A stretch of DNA of 61,338 nt from a virus (Duplodnaviria > Caudoviricetes), in the IMG/VR virus record IMGVR_UViG_3300036944_001020, positions 1-61,338 of that record, one strand, 5' to 3'. Under the pieces are notes generated by a model. The model saw nothing but the letters and a program-made list of their open reading frames with translations. It had not been told where the DNA came from and ran no database searches. The first letter of the stretch is position 1. Each line of letters begins with the position of its first letter. Position numbers and translations under genes: made by a program. Below, one piece after another: positions 49,135-57,071 of the stretch.

Positions 49135-50997
49135 ATGGCATTACCGAAACTAAATGAAACCCCAAATAAAGATGGGGATATGCAAGTTGTTGATGTTAAT
49201 GGCACCAAACAACTCATAAAAATTAATGAAAATATAGAAAAATTGACGGATTCAATATTGAATTTGGTTCAAAATTCTAAAACTTCCAATACCAATACAC
49301 CTAACGCCCCAACTAATACTACGCCACGAAAAGCCCCTAGTAATTCTAGACCACCCAGAGTTCCAAATAATCAAGTCGGAAAAAAGCCGGGAAGTTTTAC
49401 AAAGGGATTTGTTTCTGGATTATTGGGCATAGAGGATGCGGTTAATTATCATACGGCGGATGATAAAGAAAAAATAATGGATCAGCGCGAGTATTCGGAC
49501 GCAATGTACGGATTTAATAGACGTTACAGTAGAGGGAATTATACTCCAGCGACTGATGCGTCAGTTGATCCAATGCCAGTTGCACCAGAAGCATTGGCAG
49601 TCATACCTGCTACACCAAATTTACCTGAGCCAGAAAAGAAGCAAGAAACTGTTAGTATTGGTGGGCAAAAGTTAGATCCAAAAAATCCAAAGGATGCTAA
49701 ATTAATAGAGCAAATTAACAAACAATTGGTGGAATCTACTCCAACTGAGAAAGTTATTGCTTCGCCAACTGAAAATTTAGCACCAGCAACAGAAAAAAAT
49801 ACAACAGAAGCCAATCAATCCTATGCAAGTGATGAGTTAAATACTTCTATTGGAAAATTACAAACATCATTTGATAACTTAGCTGCATCTTTAAATACTC
49901 GCCCCAACAATGATAAATCTTTAGAAACAGTTTTACAAGAAACGTTTGCTAAATTAGATAGTACATTAAAGGGTAATCAATTCAATGCTGAATCATATAA
50001 AGCTGGCTACATTGAACCATATAAACCGACATATGGCAAAGAGGGAAGATCTATTAGCCCCAAAGTTATTTCTGCAATCAGCACAGATGGGGGGCAAGTC
50101 GCATCACCTACTGCATCTGATATTAAGGTTGCACCAATAGCTACTCCGGTAACTCAAGTTGCACCAATAGCTACACCAGTCAGTGCAGGTGGAATTGAGC
50201 CAAATGAAGATTCCAAGAAAGAGACCGATAAACAGCAAGATAGAGAGCTATTAGCTCAGGCAATTGCTGATAAATTGGGAGAAGTTTTAGGGAGTTCGGG
50301 TGGAATTGGATTACCAGATATTGGCGATGTTATCCCAGATGGATTGGGGAAGTCATCCGGAAAAGCTGGAAAGGCTGGTAAAGCTGGAAAAATATTAAGT
50401 GGATTGAGTAAGGCGGCAAAGTTTGGTGGCCCGCTTGCAGCGGCGCTAACAGTCGGAGAATCTGCATATGCGGGATATTCTGATTATAACGATGCTGAAA
50501 CTCAATTAGCTAAAGGAGAAATAACCGCAGATGAAGCCAAAACTAAAAAAAGTGGCGCAGTTGGTAAGGGCGTAGGAGGTGCAGCAGGTGGGCTTGCAGG
50601 GGCTGCTACGGGAGCTTTGGCTGGTGCAGCAATGGGTAGCATGGTTGGGCCTGTAGGAACCGTCGTTGGAACCTTAATAGGCGGCGCAATAGGTGCGTTT
50701 GGTGGAAGCGAATTGGGCAAAATGGGCGGGGAGTCTATTGGGCGTGAGTTGAGTAAACCAGAATATTTAAAACCTAAAGTAGATGTTTCCGTTCCTGAAA
50801 CAAAGGGACAAAAATTATCACAGATTACAAATGATAATTCAGAATTAAAAAGTTCCGCAGATTCTAAGGTCGCACCACAACAAATAATTTCATCAAGTGT
50901 TACTAACAATAACAACAAAGATAATTATATTCAAATGCCTCCGAGACCAAGAAACGATATGAACAGCATAGAACGGTATTTAGATAAAGTAAGATAA
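49135..50997 (+). CDS. Tape-measure-like / gp29-like protein
   Basis: Position after 26/51; low complexity; C-terminal glycine-zipper region (GAAGGLAGAATGALAGAAMGS). ATG at 49135 preferred over the GTG at 49114. Confidence 0.65.
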   Translation: MALPKLNETPNKDGDMQVVDVNGTKQLIKINENIEKLTDSILNLVQNSKTSNTNTPNAPTNTTPRKAPSNSRPPRVPNNQVGKKPGSFTKGFVSGLLGIEDAVNYHTADDKEKIMDQREYSDAMYGFNRRYSRGNYTPATDASVDPMPVAPEALAVIPATPNLPEPEKKQETVSIGGQKLDPKNPKDAKLIEQINKQLVESTPTEKVIASPTENLAPATEKNTTEANQSYASDELNTSIGKLQTSFDNLAASLNTRPNNDKSLETVLQETFAKLDSTLKGNQFNAESYKAGYIEPYKPTYGKEGRSISPKVISAISTDGGQVASPTASDIKVAPIATPVTQVAPIATPVSAGGIEPNEDSKKETDKQQDRELLAQAIADKLGEVLGSSGGIGLPDIGDVIPDGLGKSSGKAGKAGKAGKILSGLSKAAKFGGPLAAALTVGESAYAGYSDYNDAETQLAKGEITADEAKTKKSGAVGKGVGGAAGGLAGAATGALAGAAMGSMVGPVGTVVGTLIGGAIGAFGGSELGKMGGESIGRELSKPEYLKPKVDVSVPETKGQKLSQITNDNSELKSSADSKVAPQQIISSSVTNNNNKDNYIQMPPRPRNDMNSIERYLDKVR

Positions 50998-51024
50998 AAA
51001 AAAGGGAGCTAATGCTCCCTTTTT
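50996..51024. terminator. Bidirectional intrinsic terminator
   Basis: A-run, GGGAGC-TAAT-GCTCCC, T-run, between convergent genes. Confidence 0.88.
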
Positions 51025-51040
51025 AATTTGTCAGATTGGT

Positions 51041-51961
51041 TTAATCATCTGATGCAAGATTAGCAAAATAATCCAATGAATCTTCTGCATTATCAAAGTC
51101 TACTTCCTTTGCTGGAGCAGCTTTAACTACCTTTGGCTTAGTTGTAGTAGAAGATGGTGGAGTATACTCCGCTTCTTCAATTTGAACATTTTCTGCTCTC
51201 ATTGACGAGCCAGAAGCTCCGCCAATAACAGACTCAAATTTAGCTTTCAATTCATCATATGACTTAAACTTAGATGGGTCTAAGAATTGTGTCAATGAAT
51301 GCTGAGAGTTCCAAATTTTCTCAATATCTTCATCATTATCTGCAACTGGACTTGGTGCATCGAATTCAGATTTATCGTAGTTACGATATCCTTCAACATT
51401 ACGAATCTTCAATTTAAAGTTTGCACCTTCCCAGAAATCAAATGGGTTGATTGCTGTTTCGTCTTCAAACTTTGGATTTGCAACATCAGATACTTTATCA
51501 AAAATCTTGCTACCGAATTTGAATAGAAATACTTTTCCTTCATTTTCTGGATGCTTAGAGTCAGAAACGATCAAGATATTTGCAATGTAGTTTAGTTTAC
51601 GTTTTTGTTTACGTACCAAATCTTGGTTTTCTTTTGTACCTGTATTCCAAAGTTTGGAGTTATATTCAGATACTGGATCGGGTTTGCCGATTGTAGTGAG
51701 AGATTCTTCGATGTACCATTTTCCCGATGGCCCCTGAAATCCGTGTTTAAATGTGCGAACGAATGGAAGATCTTCGCCCTTTGGTGCTGCGAGGAATCGA
51801 ATGACTGCGTAGCCATTTCCTGCCTTATCTACTTCTGGTTGCCAGAATTTATCTTCGTCGTTATTTGCATATTTTGGATTAGAGATATTCTCTACTTCCT
51901 GCTTCAATTTATCGAATCCACTTTTGGATTTACGAAGTGCGCTTAGTTCTTGAAAAGCCAT
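51041..51961 (-). CDS. 32: Single-stranded DNA-binding protein gp32
   Basis: DKAGNGYAVIRFL, HGFQGPSGKWYIE, NPFDFWEGANFKLK, YRNYDKSEF and an acidic tail. Confidence 0.97.
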   Translation of the reverse strand: MAFQELSALRKSKSGFDKLKQEVENISNPKYANNDEDKFWQPEVDKAGNGYAVIRFLAAPKGEDLPFVRTFKHGFQGPSGKWYIEESLTTIGKPDPVSEYNSKLWNTGTKENQDLVRKQKRKLNYIANILIVSDSKHPENEGKVFLFKFGSKIFDKVSDVANPKFEDETAINPFDFWEGANFKLKIRNVEGYRNYDKSEFDAPSPVADNDEDIEKIWNSQHSLTQFLDPSKFKSYDELKAKFESVIGGASGSSMRAENVQIEEAEYTPPSSTTTKPKVVKAAPAKEVDFDNAEDSLDYFANLASDD

Positions 51962-52029
51962 ATTTTTTCCTTATTTACGGTATATTTAATTTGTATTTAA
52001 TTGTGTGACCTATTCACATAATCCATGAT

Positions 52030-52069
52030 ATAATACTAGGTATTCACTAATAAGTCAATAGTGAATACC
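52030..52069 (-). promoter_or_regulatory. Sigma70-type promoter for gene 32 inside an 11-bp inverted repeat
   Basis: TTGACT (52058-52053), 17 nt, TATTAT (52035-52030); arms GGTATTCACTA (52039-52049) and TAGTGAATACC (52059-52069). Confidence 0.7.
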
Positions 52070-52098
52070 ATAGAAAATGATATTTTTATTGGGACATA

Positions 52099-52296
52099 TT
52101 ATCTCTTCGATTTAATGTTAAGATAATATTCGAGGTACTCGTCTTCATCTTCTTCCCTAAAATTATTATTAGAGAAATTTTTAGCTATATTGAATAGCGA
52201 TTTCCGATGTTTTTCTACTTTCGCGGTGGTTGGTGCAGTTTTAACTCTACGTTCTCTGCGATCATCATCCATATCGTAATTAGTTTTTTTGCTCAT
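52099..52296 (-). CDS. Hypothetical protein, 65 aa
   Basis: ORF track; GAGGA SD. Confidence 0.7.
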   Translation of the reverse strand: MSKKTNYDMDDDRRERRVKTAPTTAKVEKHRKSLFNIAKNFSNNNFREEDEDEYLEYYLNIKSKR

Positions 52297-52326
52297 TTTT
52301 CCTCGATTGCCCCATTAATAAATTTT

Positions 52327-52545
52327 TCATTTTCCTTTTCCTTGTGTTGCAGTTTCTATGTAAGGCCACGTAGAAACTCGCTTGTTTAACTCCATTTGAT
52401 TACTTGCCAGTTTAACCAAATACCTTTGAGTATCTTTTAAAGATTCAGTTAACATTGAGACATGCTCTTGTAATAGCGTATGACTAATTTCAAGATTTTT
52501 AAGTCTCTGTTGCTGTAAGTCCAACTCTGTTTCTGTAAATTGCAT
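52327..52545 (-). CDS. Hypothetical coiled-coil protein, 72 aa
   Basis: ORF track; overlaps the end of gene 59. Confidence 0.6.
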   Translation of the reverse strand: MQFTETELDLQQQRLKNLEISHTLLQEHVSMLTESLKDTQRYLVKLASNQMELNKRVSTWPYIETATQGKGK

Positions 52546-53122
52546 TATATTTATCTTTTTCTATTTTTAGAAATGGTTTATATTTTTTAATAGTTCTTGA
52601 GATATCCGGCCAAACAAATTCATCATCCAATTCTGCATCAAATTTTTCTACGAATCCTATCAGCTTTTCAATAATTACTAATGTTTCAATTGAAATTGCA
52701 TTTCTCAAGAATGCCTTGATTATATATGGATGCTCATTTTTAGCTATTTTAAATAACCATGTTGCATCTTTCTTATCAAATTCTAATTCATTTACAATCG
52801 AATCTAATTCATTTTTAAATACATACTGCAATGATTCTTTCTTTTTCTTCCATAACTTATATCTAACGTTGGCTTCTGAATCAAATACTCCGCCCCATCT
52901 GTCACCAGAAACAAAATTAGCAATTAAAAAATTAGCAACTTCTTCATCTGAATATGTTTTTGCTATTTTTCTAATGTGAGTTAAGTCTGTTCTTTTATTA
53001 AAACCTTCTTTTGTTATTTTACTGATCTTTCCTTTATTTGCAATTATATCATATTTGTCCGTAGTAAAATGCAATTTCAATGCAAGATAATAACGGTATA
53101 CTTCAAAGTCGGTCATGATCAT
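52499..53122 (-). CDS. 59: Helicase loader gp59
   Basis: FEVYRYYLALKLHFTTDKYD, ISIETLVI and KKYKPFL. Confidence 0.93.
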   Translation of the reverse strand: MIMTDFEVYRYYLALKLHFTTDKYDIIANKGKISKITKEGFNKRTDLTHIRKIAKTYSDEEVANFLIANFVSGDRWGGVFDSEANVRYKLWKKKKESLQYVFKNELDSIVNELEFDKKDATWLFKIAKNEHPYIIKAFLRNAISIETLVIIEKLIGFVEKFDAELDDEFVWPDISRTIKKYKPFLKIEKDKYNAIYRNRVGLTATET

Positions 53123-53388
53123 AGAGGAAGTTTTCCCCTTTTTGTTCGCATATAATTCTGTTCCTCGGCTTCATTTTGAATTTTTTCTTTGAGTTGCATA
53201 TTAATTAAAACAGCAGCAGATTCTACCTCGATATCAGCATTCTCACAGTATTGAATAATTGCATCAATATACCCAATATTGTTCTCTAAAACTTGTTCTT
53301 CGATATATAAAGAAAATTCATTGGGATTTCTAAATCTTTTGGTGATAATTAAACTATCAGATAATGTTAAATTTGTATCAGATTCCAT
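53119..53388 (-). CDS. 33: Late-transcription coactivator gp33
   Basis: FSLYIE, YIDAIIQYCE, LKEKIQNEAEEQNY and GKLPL; probable start MESD at 53388. Confidence 0.9.
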   Translation of the reverse strand: MESDTNLTLSDSLIITKRFRNPNEFSLYIEEQVLENNIGYIDAIIQYCENADIEVESAAVLINMQLKEKIQNEAEEQNYMRTKRGKLPL

Positions 53389-54061
53389 GATATTCCGGAA
53401 ATAGCGTATCGTCCATGTATCGCTTAAAAAGAGTAGCATCTACTCCAATTGTCTCCATCATTGCAGGGGTGTGATGGTTCAATTTTTGATTTTTGCAATA
53501 ATAGTCATGGGCTTTAATATACGAAGATGGTGACTGCATTCCTACATTATACAGATATAAATCTAAATTAGCAATACTGGTTGTCAGTAATTTATCAATG
53601 TCTTCTGGCTCGGATACATTACCCAGAGCTAATATATTTGGACTAAAAATATTATTTGCCCATTCCGGCAATACTCGTGCTTTCAATCCAAATTTTGGAT
53701 ACATTGCCATTTGACGTTGAAATTTATTATAAAGGCGGGATGAATCAACTCTGGAAAAATCGTGGAATGCACCCGTTATTTTATTTGCGCCACATACAAC
53801 GTCAAAACCAAAAATAGGAGATGGATCATCATAATATGGAAAAATAGTCATGTGCATTACCCAGATTTTCTTGTATTCACGGGCATCTACGATTTCAATA
53901 TGTGCTCGGCGATAATTTATATCTTGAAATAGATAATTTTTCCATGTGAAATTTTCACTTTCGATAGTATAATCATGCGGCAATTCTAATACTGCCGCAC
54001 CATCAAATTTAGCTATCATTTTTTCAGAAAATGGTATTACTTTATCCCATACTAAAGACAT
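53378..54061 (-). CDS. Ferredoxin-dependent bilin reductase (PcyA/PcyX-like)
   Basis: RRAHIEIVD, MHMTIFP, PIFGFDVV, GAFHDFS, LPEWA..IFS and YCKNQKLNHHT. Confidence 0.88.
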   Translation of the reverse strand: MSLVWDKVIPFSEKMIAKFDGAAVLELPHDYTIESENFTWKNYLFQDINYRRAHIEIVDAREYKKIWVMHMTIFPYYDDPSPIFGFDVVCGANKITGAFHDFSRVDSSRLYNKFQRQMAMYPKFGLKARVLPEWANNIFSPNILALGNVSEPEDIDKLLTTSIANLDLYLYNVGMQSPSSYIKAHDYYCKNQKLNHHTPAMMETIGVDATLFKRYMDDTLFPEYHGI

Positions 54062-54582
54062 TATGCATATTCCTTCAATAGATCAATTGTTAGTTGAAAT
54101 GCAATGTTGGCTTCATCTGCCATGTCTTCGTCAATCAGTGTCCTAACGGTTTTAATTAGTTCTGCGCGATTTTCGAACTCATACATCTTTCCAGACCCCG
54201 GAACTAGTTTCTTCAACATTTGTCCGCCGAACATATCGCCCATGTGATGAACATAGATATGCGCCATGATCTTTTGTGGATCGGTAGAAATTGAATCTAA
54301 ATGATTGGCATACGACTTTGTTGATTTGCGAATTGGATACCCCCCAACGGCATCTATTTCTAAATAATCTTGGCGAATTGCACCAGACCTAGCAATATCT
54401 TCAATCCCGACAAGCAAACTCATTTTGTTTGCATATTCTTCTAGTTTTGAATAGATCACATACTTTTGAAAAATAAAATCAACATACTTTTCAACGTCAA
54501 CTGTTCCAGCAAAAATTGATTTAATGAATGGCTCATTTTCTGCTTCTGCATGCTTTACGGAAATTGCTTCTTTTAGTGACAT
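54061..54582 (-). CDS. Heme oxygenase (HemO/Ho1-like)
   Basis: LKEA...HAEAE (proximal His), AHIYVHHMGDMFGGQ and EANIAF. Confidence 0.92.
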   Translation of the reverse strand: MSLKEAISVKHAEAENEPFIKSIFAGTVDVEKYVDFIFQKYVIYSKLEEYANKMSLLVGIEDIARSGAIRQDYLEIDAVGGYPIRKSTKSYANHLDSISTDPQKIMAHIYVHHMGDMFGGQMLKKLVPGSGKMYEFENRAELIKTVRTLIDEDMADEANIAFQLTIDLLKEYA

Positions 54583-54598
54583 ATTATTTAAATGAATT

Positions 54599-54616
54599 AG
54601 GGGGCTTTCGCCCCCT
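54599..54616 (-). terminator. GNRA-loop hairpin, possible terminator or stabiliser
   Basis: Minus strand GGGGGC-GAAA-GCCCCC followed by a weak U tract. Confidence 0.55.
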
Positions 54617-54620
54617 TATA

Positions 54621-55061
54621 TTAGAACTTAACGGTTAGTCCAGCAACTGCTGTATTACCATCACTCCCAACAATCACAGATTGATTGTAACGGCGCTCTG
54701 CTCCAACGGAAAATGTTGCATTCTTAGCAACTGGCATAGATGCAGTCAATCCAAGAGTTGCGCCATATCCATCACCTTTAGCTGCACTTGCTTGATAGCC
54801 GACTGATCCAGTAGCTGCAAGAGCGATTGGGCCAACTTTAGTAACATCATAATGTCCACCAACTGCATAACGAGTATAAACATCTTTTAGTACAGTTGCA
54901 CTAAATTCGGGGGTAAATGACTTTACTGTTACGCCTGATGCAGTAATGCGAGTTGCATTTTGCTCAAGAGTCATATCACGTGCAACAGATACGCCAACCT
55001 CAATTGCCTGTGCTGCACACATAGAAGCTACCATTGCAGTAGCCAAAATAATTTTCTTCAT
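54621..55061 (-). CDS. Small outer-membrane beta-barrel protein with signal peptide
   Basis: MKKIILATAMVASMCAAQA signal peptide, amphipathic beta strands, C-terminal GLTVKF with terminal Phe; GGAG SD. Confidence 0.75.
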   Translation of the reverse strand: MKKIILATAMVASMCAAQAIEVGVSVARDMTLEQNATRITASGVTVKSFTPEFSATVLKDVYTRYAVGGHYDVTKVGPIALAATGSVGYQASAAKGDGYGATLGLTASMPVAKNATFSVGAERRYNQSVIVGSDGNTAVAGLTVKF

Positions 55062-55084
55062 ATAATCTCCAAAGTTAATAAAAT

Positions 55085-55498
55085 TGATTGGTTAATTCTG
55101 TTACGAGGAAAACCAATCGAATACCCTAAGCGGCGTTTAGGCTGCTAATGCGAACTGTGTGTCGTTTGCGTTTACATTTTTTTACTGTTAACGACGAGAT
55201 ATGTCGAGTTGTCCATGCGTCTACTTGTTGCCCTGTCGAAACTAGTTCAGCCCCATCAAAAACAAATTAAATAATGGTATCTTCTGCTACAACAAAAATT
55301 GCCCATTTTGGGTGTTTTTTTGAAAGCATTTCTGCCGTTTTTATCAAATGATCTTTACTTTTACTTCTTTCCTTTACATAGGTATTGTAAGGAGTTTTTA
55401 CTACCATTTTATATTTCATAATGTGCTTTTGGTGGAGCTGGCGGGTACTGCCCCCGCTTCCAGAACCATTTTTGATTTACTTCATACAACTATAACTC
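55085..55498 (-). ncRNA. ssrA: Circularly permuted (two-piece) tmRNA
   Basis: The acceptor piece (about 55498-55430) ends GCGGG-GGCAGUA-CCCGC-CAGCUCCACCA. The coding piece starts GGGGCUG at 55254. The acceptor stem has G3.U70. Tag ORF 55169-55137 encodes ANDTQFALAA*. Confidence 0.93.
55267..55419 (-). CDS. 50-aa ORF inside the tmRNA intervening segment
   Basis: Hand translation MKYKMVVKTPYNTYVKERSKSKDHLIKTAEMLSKKHPKWAIFVVAEDTII*; no SD. Confidence 0.5.
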   Translation of the reverse strand: MKYKMVVKTPYNTYVKERSKSKDHLIKTAEMLSKKHPKWAIFVVAEDTII

Positions 55499-55630
55499 TT
55501 AACTAACCGCTTCCGTATGTTTACCTTTAAAACTTTTTTTCAGTATTTTAAGCCAAATTGCTTTAGCTTTTACAGAATTATGTTTTAATTCGGCGCGGTT
55601 TAGTTTTAATATTAGTTTTTTAACTTTCAT
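55499..55630 (-). CDS. 43-aa basic peptide, probably leaderless
   Basis: Hand translation MKVKKLILKLNRAELKHNSVKAKAIWLKILKKSFKGKHTEAVS*; ATG lies 6 nt after the -10 box. Confidence 0.65.
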   Translation of the reverse strand: MKVKKLILKLNRAELKHNSVKAKAIWLKILKKSFKGKHTEAVS

Positions 55631-55636
55631 GTCGCT

Positions 55637-55665
55637 ATTATACTCCAGTTGGTTAATAAAGTCAA
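55637..55665 (-). promoter_or_regulatory. Sigma70-type promoter for the peptide and tmRNA
   Basis: TTGACT (55665-55660), 17 nt, TATAAT (55642-55637). Confidence 0.85.
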
Positions 55666-55672
55666 GTATATT

Positions 55673-56371
55673 TTACTTTGTTTTGCGTAAAATTGCAGTT
55701 TTTTGTCTACGAACCCAATCTTTTCCAACTGGATTTTTAACGGGTGAAGTTGCAATACTTCTTATATGTTTATGTAATTTATCCAATGTTGCATGGTCAT
55801 CGCCATCATGGCTATTATCAACCACCGTAAAATTATCTCTCCCAAAATGATCTTGAAAATGCCCTAAATTATCTTGAACTTTGTGCCAAGTTTTTGTGAC
55901 CACGTGATCTGGCACTGTTCTCGCTCTTGCAGCATTTCTCTTTTTTGCAACATCCAATGATGTATTTACATGCAGCATATGAGTATCATAGCCGATACTT
56001 TTAAGATGTTCCGATTGTTTGTGGATATGATTAAAATCTTTTCCAGTTCCATCTATAATCATTCCCAAGCGCCCGCGCTGGTATAATTTAGATTTTGTCG
56101 CAGTTAAATTTTTTGCCTTTTCACGGGCAGCTTCTCTTTTTTCTGTTTCATGCTCTGGCATTTTTGGATCAAGATTTTGTTTTTTCATTTCATGCTCAAA
56201 CGCATGGTCACTATTAACTAACTTAAATCCCAAATCTCCACGAACTTTATCTACAATTCTAGATTTACCTGACCCCGGCCCGCCTGCAATAAAAATTGCT
56301 TTTAATTTTGCGGGATCATGTACGCCCTCATCGAGTTGATCTGCGTCTAAAAACTCTTTAAATTGTAACAT
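55673..56371 (-). CDS. P-loop kinase (zeta-toxin / AAA_33-like) with a capsid-targeting-like N-terminus
   Basis: IAGGPGSGKS, VNSD, IIDGTG and RNAARARTVP; N-terminus MLQFKEFLDADQLDE. Confidence 0.8.
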   Translation of the reverse strand: MLQFKEFLDADQLDEGVHDPAKLKAIFIAGGPGSGKSRIVDKVRGDLGFKLVNSDHAFEHEMKKQNLDPKMPEHETEKREAAREKAKNLTATKSKLYQRGRLGMIIDGTGKDFNHIHKQSEHLKSIGYDTHMLHVNTSLDVAKKRNAARARTVPDHVVTKTWHKVQDNLGHFQDHFGRDNFTVVDNSHDGDDHATLDKLHKHIRSIATSPVKNPVGKDWVRRQKTAILRKTK

Positions 56372-56373
56372 TT

Positions 56374-57018
56374 TTAATCTTCTTTTTTATGTAGAATATG
56401 TACATGTACTCCATTGGCAGCAATTCCGGGAAGTCTTTTTACTTCAACTTTATGCCCTTTTCTTTTGGCATAATCTTCTACATAATCTTTTAATTCATTG
56501 CCGTCAAATCCCTTTTGATACGACTTATCCTTGCCTTTATGAACCCACATTGATTTTGGCTCATCGCCCAATGTGTGGTTTTTATTGGATTCAATGTCAC
56601 CTTTCCATTTTCTAGTTCCAATAACAGCGTGTCCACCCGATTTAACTGAATTAAAAATAGAATGCATAACATGTTCTCTGACATGTGGCTCAACCACATT
56701 TAGCACATTGTGTGATACTGCTGCATCATAGTGGCTTTTTGGAATTTCTTCTGCCTTAGTAAATTCAGGCTTTTCTTTTCTTCCTTCTGGATTAGGCTCC
56801 ATATCATGTACAGTATGATCGCCCCCCAATCCCTTTTTAAGAGCTTTTCCGGTATGCTCAAGTCCAGCGCCAATGCTAATAACTTTACCATGGGCTGGAA
56901 CTTTATCTTTTAAAAATGTGCCAGTTTTCTCATAAGTTCCACCGGTAGTTGCTACTTGGGTTTTACGAGTATTATTAATTTGCTCTTGTTCTAGAACGAG
57001 TTGAGAAAAAGTTTTCAT
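56374..57018 (-). CDS. Class I SAM-dependent methyltransferase with a capsid-targeting-like N-terminus
   Basis: VISIGAG (motif I), MEPNP, YDAAVSHNVLNVV, VKSGG and SYQKGF; N-terminus MKTFSQLVLE. Confidence 0.75.
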   Translation of the reverse strand: MKTFSQLVLEQEQINNTRKTQVATTGGTYEKTGTFLKDKVPAHGKVISIGAGLEHTGKALKKGLGGDHTVHDMEPNPEGRKEKPEFTKAEEIPKSHYDAAVSHNVLNVVEPHVREHVMHSIFNSVKSGGHAVIGTRKWKGDIESNKNHTLGDEPKSMWVHKGKDKSYQKGFDGNELKDYVEDYAKRKGHKVEVKRLPGIAANGVHVHILHKKED

Positions 57019-57047
57019 GGCACGATTTAAAAGTTGTTTTAATGCTA

Positions 57048-57055
57048 TATTTATA
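57048..57055 (-). promoter_or_regulatory. T4-type late promoter
   Basis: TATAAATA 30 nt upstream of the methyltransferase ATG. Confidence 0.8.
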
Positions 57056-57071
57056 ATTGATCAGAATTTGA

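Noticed and set aside
55430-55460. Stand-alone tRNA-Ala
   Set aside because: Only a T-arm and the 3' acceptor strand are present, with no D arm or anticodon arm. The partner 5' strand lies downstream with a tag ORF, so this is a permuted tmRNA.
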